A stretch of 63,972 nucleotides of DNA, filler included, from Malassezia furfur (lineage: Eukaryota), in NCBI GenBank assembly GCA_052055015.1. It is 5 parts of 5 records of this genome, joined end to end, with 100 filler letters (N's around TTAATTAATTAA, not from the genome) between each part and the next. Parts side by side here need not be neighbours in the genome. Positions count along the whole stretch, not along the records: positions 26,718 to 39,943 come from JBQJIT010000325.1; positions 40,044 to 53,170 come from JBQJIT010000326.1; 3 more parts are not named here. One strand, given 5' to 3'. The position numbers and the translations under genes are program-made. Position 1 is the stretch's first letter; each line of letters opens with the position of its first letter. Under the pieces are notes generated by a model. That model did no database searches. It was given only the letters and a program-made list of their open reading frames with translations, and was not told the DNA's origin. Shown here piece after piece: positions 35,599 through 49,515 of the stretch.

Positions 35599-38314
35599 TT
35601 ACAAGTAGACTCTGTGGTCCGGTTGCGATCCATCCGAGGCACCCTGGGGTTCGGCCGTAGGAGGGAGATGGAAGAGGCTGCGTGCGGCGCCGCGGTGCGA
35701 CCAGACCTGCTGCAGCGGGACTTCTTGGCTGTGCTGGTCCTCATCGATGGTGGTAAGAGGATTCGAGGGAGGGGAAGGAGTGGAGTGGGATCCATTGCCG
35801 TCCTCGTCGGCGCCAGTTTGGTCGTCGTCGTCGTCGGCTTCCTCAAACGAGTACGAGTCTGACGAGCTGTCTTCCGAGTCGGAGAAATAGAGTTTGTGTG
35901 ACTGCTCGTATGCAAGCAACTCGTTCGGAAGCATGATCGCTCGATCGATCGCCACGGGCAATCCACGGTGCCGGCCACGCACCATGACGGCAATCATGAT
36001 GAGTTTGGAAAAGGGACTAAAATCACCGCTCATCGAGGTGTTGTGGAATTGCGCACCACACGATAGACCGACTGTGCCATATGCCGAGATCATCTCGTAC
36101 AGAATGGTAAACACCGTCAGGTTGGGGTATTTTTCCCGCTCCTCGATCTTGGTCTGCTCCACGATCAGCACGATCCAGACCGCAATGGCGATCCACCACA
36201 GGTCAAAGGCGAGTTGGCGCCGCATCTGCTCTGCCAGGAAACGGCCCCATACCACGCGCCCGCCGCTGCTCCGGCCCGCTTCTGGCAGGGGGTCTGCGTC
36301 ATTCTCCCTCCCCAAACTCTCCTTCTCAAACACGTTGGTTGTGCGCACCGCCATCGTGAGCGGGAAGTCGTTAAGGTACATCATGAAAACCTGGAGCATC
36401 TGCACGGCTGGGGCGAGGTCGAGGATGTGGAAGGTCTGGAAGCCGGCTGAGCGGATCGCGAGCGACTGGAAGAGACCATTGTACACCCATGTGCCGATGG
36501 ATACACCCGACTTGCGCCGGTTCAAATCAAGGATCAGCAGGAAGAACCAGTCAATGATGGTCAGGATGATGATGAGCGCCAGCAAAAAGAGCGTGTTTCC
36601 CTGTGGGAACAGGTACAAAAAGCACCGGCGCGGGTGGTCGAGCAGGAACCGCAGTGTCTCGTAGAGCCGCGACTGCTTCCAGACGCACTGCGACATGATC
36701 CAAATCACGACGCGGAGCACAACGGGGTACGCCGTATTACCCACAAGCGCCAGGATCGTGACAGGCACCATGATCGCATACGCGTCGCGCAGTCCGTACT
36801 CAAAACTCGAGTCCGCCAGAGTCATCCCTGCATTGGTGATGGACGAAAAGGTGTTGAAGACCCAGTACCATTCCGGGCTGTGCGGCGGCTTGGGCTGGTT
36901 GTTGAGCGCCGCGCGGATCTTGGCAGCATGCTTGCTTGCCATGTACGGCGTGAAAATGACGAGCGCCAGCACCACAAACGTCAACCAGTACAAGGGGATA
37001 AGCCAGGCCAGCACATCCAATGCGCGATACTCGACGCCACCCAGCTCGACGCGCTGCGCATGTGTGAGCCCAGTAAAGTGTGAGTTGCCCGTGACGCGGG
37101 CATTGAAAGTAAGGTAGGGCGCATGGCGCACGGCCTCACCATCTGCCTGTGCCTCGGCTTCGGCCGTGAGTGGCTCGGCGACCATTGTGCGCGACTCGGG
37201 CGTCTTGAGCTTGTGCTTCACGCGGAACGACTCGAGCAGACCCATCACCAGATCTACGGGCGTCGGGAAATCGCCGAGGCCTTTGTTCTTGTTACGGATC
37301 ATGATCTGGTGCAGCGCCGTGCCGGGAATCGTCGCAATGTCGCTCCCGGTCAGAATCGAGCCTGCGTGCGCCGACATTGACGAGCGCGGGCGGGCCATGC
37401 GTCGGCGGTGCAGGCCATGGGGATGCCAGGGCAGGTAGTCTTCTTCGGTCTCGCCCCCATCGGGAGGGATCGGCAAAGCGGGCGCCTCGTCGACGTGCAC
37501 ATGCCGCGGCTGGGCGTCGGGTGCGGTTGAGTGTGGTGCCGCTTCATCGGTGGTATGCAGCGAGGGGTTCGCATAGGGCGAGGCAGAGACGCTCGCTGGC
37601 GCGTTGCTGTGCGTTGGATCGCCCACAAAATGAGCGTCCTTGTTCAGAATGGAGTGGAGCGGGGTATCGAGTGCGGTGCCCGTTTGTAGCGGGTCGTGCG
37701 CAGGTGTCTCGGGGGGTGGGGCGACCGCATTGGTTTGTGCAGGTGACTGATCCTGCGTGACGTGCGTCGGGGTATGAGCGTGGTCGTCGGTGCCGTGCGC
37801 ATCCTTTGTATGCTTGCGTGACCCGAGCGCAAAGAAGCGACGCACGCGCGCGAGCTCTGCCTCGTGCCGGAGCTGCTCCTGCCGCTCGATATCGCGCGCA
37901 CGTGCCCGTGCGCCTGCGTTGTGCCGCGTGTACCGGTGCAGCTTGGCACCGAAAAAGTAGCGGCGGAGAAGCACGATGAGGAAGCTGTCCATGATGAGGT
38001 TCCCCATGATCATCAGCACAAACACCACGATCTGCTGTGCGAGGGTCAACTGCGATACTGGCACTGTGACGAGCCCCGTGACCGTCATCGCCGCCGTGCT
38101 CATGAACAGGCAGTCGATGTAGGCCATACGCGAATTACCCCGCGCGCCGTACAGGATGCCGGACGCGACAAAAATCACAAACAAATACCACAGCATGTGC
38201 ACGCGCTATGTGAGTCGGGGCACGTACGTAAAAGGTCAGGTACACATGGGAGCTGCCCATGGCGCGCCAGCATCGTGCCACCGCGCCGCGCAGCGCCGCC
38301 TGCACCCTGACCAT
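35599..38314 (-). CDS. TRK: Trk-family potassium transporter, copy 3
   Basis: Same motifs; 22-nt intron 38206-38227; start at 38314 or 38260. Confidence 0.92.
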
Positions 38315-38360
38315 GGTGCCCGATAACTTGCATCGGGCCCTACGTCGTCCCCACTATGGA

Positions 38361-39020
38361 TCACGTGTCGTTTTCGTGGCGGGCAGCGTCCGCGGTGCCC
38401 CGCACGGGGTGGTCCGCGGTGCGTGGCGCGGCCTCGTACACGATCTGCGCGGGCCCGCCGCGCTGGCTCGCGCGCGAGGCGCCGCGGAAGCCGAGGTACG
38501 AAATCGAGGTGCGGGGATCCGCGCCCTCGGCGGCGCGCAGCGCGCCGGGGACGTACAGTGTGATGCTCTGCACGTCGGGGAACCGCGCGGCGAGCAGCGG
38601 GATCTCCACGACGTCGCTCGAGTCCGGGATGGACTCAAGCTTCTGGTTCGGCTTGCCGTCTGCGGCCTCGTCAAAGTCGAGCGACTCGCGGTTCTTGTAG
38701 AGGTGGATGGCGCGTGGCGTCGAGGGCCCCGGGCCGCTGCGCAGGACCAGCGCACGCAGCTGGACACTGCCCGTGAATGGCACATGGATGATCAGCTCGT
38801 CGTCCACGTCGGACTCGAGCACCTGGTCGGTGCGCATGCGCTCGTCGAACGGGCGCACAATCCCACGGGCCGAGCCGTCGACGCGCTCGTTCAGCGCCGA
38901 GACATTGTCGCGGTCGATGGACGCGTAAAGGGAGTCCTGCTGCCCCTCGCCCGGACGCACGTGGTCCTCATCGTCGTGGGCGTGGCCGCACGCGTGGTGG
39001 TGTTCGTGCGAGCACGACAT
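38361..39020 (-). CDS. PITH-domain protein (PITHD1-like)
   Basis: His-rich N-terminus, SLYASIDRDNVSALNE, LESDVDDELIIHVPFTGSVQL, YLGFRG, YEAAPRTADH. Confidence 0.9.
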   Translation of the reverse strand: MSCSHEHHHACGHAHDDEDHVRPGEGQQDSLYASIDRDNVSALNERVDGSARGIVRPFDERMRTDQVLESDVDDELIIHVPFTGSVQLRALVLRSGPGPSTPRAIHLYKNRESLDFDEAADGKPNQKLESIPDSSDVVEIPLLAARFPDVQSITLYVPGALRAAEGADPRTSISYLGFRGASRASQRGGPAQIVYEAAPRTADHPVRGTADAARHENDT

Positions 39021-39151
39021 GGTCGGGTGGAGCAAAGCGCACGCGGCGGCGGCGCCCATGTGGAGGCCGCCGTGCACCGTGCGCGGCCGCCGCGCACTGG
39101 GCGCATGCGCCCCGCGGCTCGGTTGTGCTCTAGCGCCACTTGGCAGGTACA

Positions 39152-39943
39152 CTAGTTCCCTATGTTCCCCAGACGCCGCGCGACCGCCGCGCGGTGACTG
39201 CGGTTCTTGAGGTGGATTTCAAAGTTGATCAGCGACTCGCCCGGCCCGGGCTTGTACACCTTGCCGGGGCAGTCGGCACACCGGATGCGCCACTCTTCCT
39301 CGGCGGGCGGCGGCATGTCGGGCATGCGCGGACGCAGCTGGATCTGGAAGCAGTCGTTCGGGTATTTGCGTCGCGACGCCTCGACCGCCTGCACGAGCCA
39401 TGCGGGTGCGACCGGCGCGGCTGCATCGCCTCCGTCGCTGTCGCTGTCGTCGCCCAGGAACGACATGTCGCCGTGCGCCGGGTCGTCGTCGTGCTCGTCG
39501 CCGGCGCCATGCGTAGCGTCGTCGGCGGGCCCGGGCGTGCTGTGCGCCGCAGCGTCGCCGTGCGCATCGCCGGCGTCGTCCGCATGTGCGTCGCCCAGGT
39601 CGGCGCTGTCGACGCCCCAGTCGCCGTGCCCCGTAATGCGCTTGAGGCGCTTCGCGTGGTACGCCGGGTCGCGCGTGTACGTCACGTTCTCCATGCGGCG
39701 GTGGCGGTGGTAGTACTTGCCGCACGGACCACACAGCGTCTTTTCGCCTGCAGGGCCCTTGCGGCGCCCGGGCGCGAGGTAGCCGGGCATGCCGCAGTTG
39801 CCGCAGTGCCACACGCCATCAAACATGTTGGGGTGCTGCCGCTCGAGGTCTTCCGGCCGCGCGCCACGCGCAAGGGCCACCTCGGTGGGCGGCGCACGGT
39901 CCTTGGGCGGCCGCCCACGCGTCGCGGCCGCCGCCTCGGTCGG
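39152..39943 (-). CDS. C-terminal part of a GATA-type zinc-finger protein, resembling the C-terminus of basidiomycete Snf5 (5' partial)
   Basis: CX2CX20CX2C finger with RRKGPAGEKTLC, then WRIRCADCPGK..NFEIHLKNRSH. The Snf5 domain itself is not visible. Confidence 0.65.
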   Translation of the reverse strand, partial: PTEAAAATRGRPPKDRAPPTEVALARGARPEDLERQHPNMFDGVWHCGNCGMPGYLAPGRRKGPAGEKTLCGPCGKYYHRHRRMENVTYTRDPAYHAKRLKRITGHGDWGVDSADLGDAHADDAGDAHGDAAAHSTPGPADDATHGAGDEHDDDPAHGDMSFLGDDSDSDGGDAAAPVAPAWLVQAVEASRRKYPNDCFQIQLRPRMPDMPPPAEEEWRIRCADCPGKVYKPGPGESLINFEIHLKNRSHRAAVARRLGNIGN

Positions 39944-40043
39944 NNNNNNNNNNNNNNNNNNNNNNNNNNNNNNNNNNNNNNNNNNNNTTAATTAATTAAN
40001 NNNNNNNNNNNNNNNNNNNNNNNNNNNNNNNNNNNNNNNNNNN
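39944..40043. other. Artificial contig linker
   Basis: N44-TTAATTAATTAA-N44. Confidence 0.98.
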
Positions 40044-43000
<2,957 letters not shown>

Positions 43001-44813
43001 CTATGGTACATGTCTAGTTTCGTTCGCTTCTAGGTTCTCGACCGTCTGGAGCACCTCGCTGAGCTGTACATGAAGTTTGCGAATGATCAACTGGTCGATG
43101 GGGTTGAGTCGGAGGGGTGTGTTGCGCTTGGGAATTTTCGGCTCGGCTGTTTTCTTCGCACAGCACGAGCCACTAGGGGCATGCAGCGGCGCCTCGGCTA
43201 CGGCGTCGCGCGGACCCGGGAGCGACTGCTGCGCCACCTGCTGAACGTGTGCCAGGGCGCGCTCCAGGTCAAGCAGTTCGAGCTTCATCGCATACAGCGC
43301 AATTTTCCGCGCATTCTGCGAAGTCGGCGTAAAGTCGCCGATCCGTACTTCCACGCCGGCATCCTCTTTGGCGAGATTGCGGGGCGCCTTCCGCGGATTC
43401 GACGAGCAGGGGCACTGCTTACAAGAGCCGGACGACGCGCATCCACACGACGTGCTACCTTCCGAAACCAGCACCTCTTGGAAGACTTTCAACGCACGCG
43501 CATAGATTTGCAGCGCTGTAGAGATCAAGAGGCCAGCGCTGATTTCGTAGGACGGGTCTTTCTTGCACGTCGGACAGTCTGCACTGCACGCACACTTCTT
43601 TGTAATGGCCTGGCTCATGGAAAGGGTGAAGACGAGAGACGACGCCACATCTGCCTTGGAGTCCACGCGGCTCTGCTTCTCGTCCATTGCCAAAGGGCCG
43701 TTGCGCAGTGACCGCTGCAGCGAAAGCAGCGCTACATCTGATTCACAAAGACACGAACAGCCCGGACCGGTAGGGTTAGGGACACAATGCACCTTTTCGT
43801 GCAGATCGTCGTCCATGGCCATGGGCGGTGGGGTAGGCTCTTTCTTGATCTTGGATGAGCAGCAAGATGACATTGGTGGAGCTCCCGATGCAGCAGCGGA
43901 GGTGGCAGAGCTCGTGCTCGCCACAGGTGGGGGACCCTGTACAGGAGCCGCAAGAGGAACATCCTGTGGTGCTGTCGGTAACGACTCACTGTGCCCTCCC
44001 TCTTGCGATGGCAGCGCCCAAGCCAGATTCCACCAACGCATATCCGAAGGGACAGAGTAGACCAGGTTTTCGTTCAGAAATGCGCTATCGGCGAATTCAT
44101 TCGCCGGGCTCTGGCCTTGGACTTGGCTGGATGATGCACCTGTCTCTGAGGCAGCATTCCACTCGCCCTGGCCAATATTGAGCATACTCGGCGTCAGTCC
44201 ATCGGATGGCGCAATCTCCAATGTATACAAGGACTCCAAGAACACGGCCAGAGATAGGTCAGACAATGAAGATGGGCCCGTGTTCAGATCTTGCGAGCGC
44301 GGCGGCGGCGCTGGCGGCGTAAAGCTTGAGGCTGGCGAAGCCGGTTTTAAACTCTCTGCTGGCAATGAAGGAAATGCAGGCGGGGTCATCGCCTCAGCAT
44401 TCCGCAGCATGCTTGGGCCGCAATGCATTTTGCGCGGGCTGTCCACCTCACTGCTCATCGACGCTGAGCGCATTCGCGTGCGATCGTCACCACACTTCCG
44501 CGGTCGACCAATTTGTGACTGCGTCGCTGGCGTCAGCGAGTCACTTACCAAAGTAGCAATCGGAGCCATCTTGTGAGCAACGAAGGCAAGCGCTGCCATC
44601 TTCCGAAACACCAGAGCACCGCAGCTTGCGTAGCCGACACTGCTCACAGGCCGCACGTAATTTGATTCCCAGCCGCAGCGCATCCGCTATAGATATCCGG
44701 CGCTCGCCATATTCCACGGTCTGGATTTGTGGCACCATGCCCGAGCGAGTATTCACGCTGCAACACCCGGCCTCGTGCGCATTCTGTGTGGCGAACACCG
44801 CACTATCCGCCAT
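43001..44813 (-). CDS. Zn(II)2Cys6 transcription factor with Cys-rich C-terminal region
   Basis: AACEQCRLRKLRCSG..ACLRCSQDGSDC joined by 22-nt intron 44527-44548 to ATQSQIGRPRK and the long downstream ORF. Confidence 0.85.
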
Positions 44814-44902
44814 TGCAGGCGCGAAGCTTATGCTGGAGCGAATGGTTTTTTTTGGGAAAAGGTCCGAGAACACCCCTGGCCTGGTAGGTACCAAGGCACG
44901 TG

Positions 44903-45787
44903 TTAAAATCGGGCGGCCTTGCTTCGGCGGGTCGTGCGTTGCGGGGTAGTCTGCTGGCCAGTCTTGATTAGCTCAATGGCCTCCAGACGCCCGCGCTCCT
45001 CTTGGCTCCGTTTGGAAGGGGAAAGATGATTTGGTTTATCCTCGACAACAGGATGGGCAGGGGAAGACAAAATGGACGACCGCTGGCTCGACCAAAGCAA
45101 TGGATCTGATTCGTCCGAATCGGCATCCTGCGGAGGAAAAGTGTCCGAAGGAGGAGTCGTTCCGTTCAGTCCCGTTTGCAAGGAAGGGTTGGCAAGAAGC
45201 GTAGATAGCTTTGTTTCAGAGGGCAAACGAAGCTTGATGAGTGGGTGACGTACCAGTCCCAGCGACATCCGGATCAATGCGTGGGTCCAATGCTGGAATG
45301 CTTTGGTAAACAGGTAGGCATTTCCAAGAATACCATCCAGGATAAGTGATATATTCAGCGTTTTAGATCCATGGGCGCGTATGGATACGGTGAGAGAGGC
45401 CTTGGTCAATACACCACCTACAACGTGTAGTTCGGTCTTGCCTACTTTCGCAGAAGCCTGGTTATGATCCGATCTGTAGACGGCAGAGTGGATCCGCTCA
45501 AAAATAGTTTGGGATTCCAACGCATTATCTTCGGCATCTTCGACACACCGTTGAATAGAAGTTTTTGTGTGCGCAACATAATAACACAAGCACTGCTCGA
45601 CGTCGATGAGAAGTAACCGGATTCTGTCGTCAGCGATGGCACATTTCTGCATTAGTAGTAGTACCTACCGCAAAGCAGTTCTCTTGCGGGAAAAACGCGA
45701 GTGCGGCCGTCTCGAGCTGCTCGGAAGCGCGCTGGGTCAGTGCGCGACACGTACGGCAGACCAACACGACTCGCGGACCGCGCACAT
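44903..45787 (-). CDS. Hypothetical protein, possibly XLF/Nej1-like NHEJ factor (3 exons)
   Basis: Introns 45732-45754 (23 nt) and 45647-45668 (22 nt) give a continuous frame from ATG 45787. Beta-rich head, disordered tail, terminal basic-Phe RRSKAARF resembling a Ku-binding motif. The gene is likely real; the identity is tentative. Confidence 0.5.
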
Positions 45788-45834
45788 TTACGTGAAATGT
45801 GGAGGTGGGGCGCGGTCGGTGCGACGTTCGTATC

Positions 45835-47665
45835 ATGCAACACGGAGCACTGGATGAGGCGATGGCCATGGAGGGCGTCGCCGACGCTGGAAGACGCTCC
45901 GGTGAAATTGCAGCAAGACCATTTCGTGACGTAGAAGCGGATCATCACCTTCCACACCTTGCACACGCGAAAGATAGTGTGTCGCTTGAAGACCGCGCCG
46001 ATGACCCTTCTACGGACGAGACTTTCTTTCAGCTGCATCCCTCACGGGATATTGATGAGAGTTTTGATCATTATCATTTGCAAAGTACATCGGGTGGGAG
46101 GCCCCGTATCGGTCTTATTGACGGTACGTTCATTTTTTTGCTCACGCAGTAATGTCTTTGACCATTGGTTTGCAAGTCGTACGTCCCACCTCCTCACGCA
46201 GGGTAGCGGGATTTTTTCATCACCTGGAGTTGTCACGGCGGACACTGGATCGGTTGGAGCAAGTCTGGCTGTTTGGATTATCAGTGGAGCGCTGACGCTG
46301 ACCGGCGCAAGGTAAGTCAGCCGCTCATATAGCTCGTTTGCGGAACTCGCAACCACTATTCCCCTGAACGGTGGTGCACAGGCCTACTTACAGGTACGAC
46401 ACAGGCTAACACAGTACTCGTATGGTCCTCTTTTCTCTTTCCTTTTTTCTTGGACAGCCATTGTCGCGATGAAACCGAGCAGTGGTGCAATTATTGCAAC
46501 CATCCTGGGTGAATACATCACGCGTGTACTTCTGCATCTTTTTGACGACGGTGCTTCTGAGGACTTCCGCAAATTTAACGTGAACGAGCTGCCTCGTTTT
46601 GCTGTGAAGCTGATTGCGGCACTTGTGGTGCTTTCGATCTTCATGGTGCAAGCCTACAGCGCCCGTCTGGGCATCCGTCTCCAGAATACAGTAACGGCCA
46701 TCAAGCTTCTTCTCCTGGGAGCAATTCCCGTGGTGTCCATTGTGTTCGCTGCACAGGGTCATATGCCTGCAACCTCACGCGTCGCATTCGCGTCGATGGC
46801 GTCTTTGTTCCGGGGCTCGTCGATTCTGCTGAGCCAATATGCATTGGCGCTGTACAGCGGCCTGTGGGCATTTGATGGCTGGGACCAGGCCTCGTTTGTC
46901 GCTGGTGAGATGAAGAACCCGCGCCGTGATGTGCCGCGGGCGATTCATGCGAGCACACTCATTGTCACGGCGGCGTTCGTGTCGGTTGTTGTGTCGTACT
47001 TTGTCGTTCTGCCGCCCATGACCGTTGCCAGCACCAATTCGGTCGCGCTCGACTTTGGTACGGTTGCGTTGGGCCCCGCAGGCGGTTTGATTTTTGCGGT
47101 CATGGTCGCTTTCTCGTGTTTAGGGGCGCTCAATGGACACCTCTACACATACTCCCGGCTTACGATGGCGGCGGGCCAGGACTCTTTCTTGCCGCGCTCG
47201 GTGGGCCAAATTAGTCCCCGCTTTGGCGGCCCTATTCATGCGACGGTGCTGTCGACCGCGCTGATTCTTGTGTTTGTGGTATTTGGTTCGAGCTTCGCGA
47301 GTCTGGTCAACTTTTGCGGCGTCTGTGCTTGGTTCTGGTATGGCACAACCGTGTCGAGCTTGCTGTATTTGCGTATCAAAGAGCCCAAGTTGGACCGGCC
47401 CTACAAGACGTGGCTCATTACTCCAGTGGTGTTTATTGCCATGGCCCTGTTCCTTCTCGCGATGCCTATTGTCGCAGCCCCTTGGGAAGCGTTGGCAGCC
47501 TTTATGTTTATTGCCGCTGGCATCCCGCTGTATTATGTGTCGCAAAAGGAGGTTCCTCTGGCGTTGCGTCGCCACTTCCCCGGCGCTTCGCACGACTTTG
47601 CTGCGCTTCCAACGGAGGCGGACGAGGTCGAGCTGGATGCGCGCGGGACTCGTAACTCTTCATAA
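45835..47665 (+). CDS. APC-superfamily L-type amino-acid permease (LAT/Mup1-like), 5 exons
   Basis: IGLQV|GSGIFSSPG, FAELAT..GGAQAYL, ALYSGLWAFDGW, GEMKNP; introns 46124-46149, 46179-46201, 46312-46332, 46394-46414. Start approximate. Confidence 0.9.
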
Positions 47666-47687
47666 TCTCACTACAGAATACAACTAT

Positions 47688-49168
47688 TTACAGTGAAACA
47701 GGCTCTAGCCTTGCTTCCGTCTCATCAATCATATTTACAGAGGTCGTCGATGGGGTGTTGAGTTTTTCCGTGGCGGATGCGGCCGCGAGAAGGCGCTGGA
47801 AGCGTTCAAGTTGCATGCTGCGCTGCACGTGAGGTTTTACATGGTCCATCTTACGCCAAAGGTAGAGCGCAATCGCGATAGTGATGGCCGCCACGCCAAC
47901 AATGACGCCAATTTGCACGCCTTTAGACCCGCCGCTCTGCTTCCCCTCATTGTCAGGGTCGAGTGCGACGCCCAAGTATACCACGCTCAGGTGCTTTGGC
48001 AGCGATAGCAGTGCAGACAAGAAAAAGACCCAGAATCGCATGCCCACCGTCGAGAAGACGGCGGTGGTCAGATGCCCTGGAATGGCCGAGAAGCGGGCAA
48101 GGAGAGCGACGACAAACCCACCTGTGCGGATGATCTCTGCAAGGCATGCATATGTCATGTTCTTCCGCTCCATTTTCGTTGCCGCTGCTTCGAACATGCG
48201 TCGGAACAGGAGGAAGTTGGCGACTTCGCCGATCAGCGTGCCAAACGCCACAATACCGAACCCGATCCAGACGCCATACACGAGACCGCAAAGCACTGCG
48301 ATAATTTCGCCGCCCATAAGCGGCGGAAAAGACAGGACGAAGAGGAGGAGCACGGGGATGATCCAACCCCATGACAGGTGTCGAACTTTTTCCGAGGCAG
48401 GTTTCAGGTCCTGGATGAGTGTGTGGTGGAAGACGGTGATCAGAATAATCAGGACCACGATGACAATCAAAATCAGATAGAGGTCTGGGGTTAGTGGATA
48501 GACGTACGCCAATACTCCCACCGGACGTATTTCCGCCAGTCCAGTGCTGTGGAAAGGAGGGTGCGCACGAGCGATTTTTGGTCGCTGTCTAGATCGGGCG
48601 CGTACTCTGCAGCGATCGCCCGCTGTGCTTCGTTGAGTTTCTCAAGATCAGGTGGGCGGTCAATGTAGATGCCGTCATCCTCCTTCGCCACGCCAGCAAA
48701 GAAGCTCGCCTTTTCGTCCATGTCCGAGACCGACGAGCCGCCAGGCGAGGAGGGCACGTAGAGCGTGGTGAGATCGCTCTCCGATACCCAGTGCGCAGAA
48801 GGCGACAGCAGGGATGTATCTGTTTGCGCGGAGGGCAGGTTCAGATAGGGTCCGGACTTGGGCGCATCGCGTGGAAACGGGGGAGTGTCATGTGGGGACG
48901 CGGGTGGAGCGTGCACTGTGCACGCATATGGCTCCTCGGTCAGCGAGCGCGCGGAAGAGGGGTGGATAGGGGTGTATGTACGAGGCGATAGTAGGGGCGG
49001 GGTCGTGCTGCGCGCGTCGGGTGGATGTGTGCCTGACAGCGGCGCCTGCGCCGCTGCAGTAGTACCTGCGCTTGTGTCGGCTCTGTGATCCATGTCGTCC
49101 AGCGCTGGGTTGAGAGCGTAAAGAAGAGAGGTTGGTACGTCGCTCGATGGCTTTTGTATCGCCGTCAT
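47688..49168 (-). CDS. TVP38: Tvp38/DedA (VTT-domain) Golgi membrane protein
   Basis: LSFPPLMGGE..CGLVYG, GTLIGEVANF, ARFSAIPGH; 23-nt intron 48485-48507 joins the two ORFs. Confidence 0.85.
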
Positions 49169-49515
49169 GTCCTTCGCACAAGCGCAAAGAAGGGGCGCAC
49201 CCTCGCGTCCTTCTGTGCACTGCCCGGCGCGTTGCGGATCTCAGGCACCATATACGCGCATGCGCCAATCCACCGGCGTGGATCGGGCGCTGAGTAGCAC
49301 TGCCTGCTACATCGGGGGTTTGTAACGCCACGCGCCGCCTTTCTCCGCGACGCGGTCGTACCACGTGCATCTCGCTCGGCGAGGGGCGTGGGTCCAGGCA
49401 CGGACCAACGCAATGACGTCATTGATGCACGACGCGCCCTGGGAGTTGGCCCTTGGCAGCGGGCCCCGCGCATTAGGGCGCCCGTCTCGGCGCGTAGGCC
49501 CGGTGTCAGCCCACC

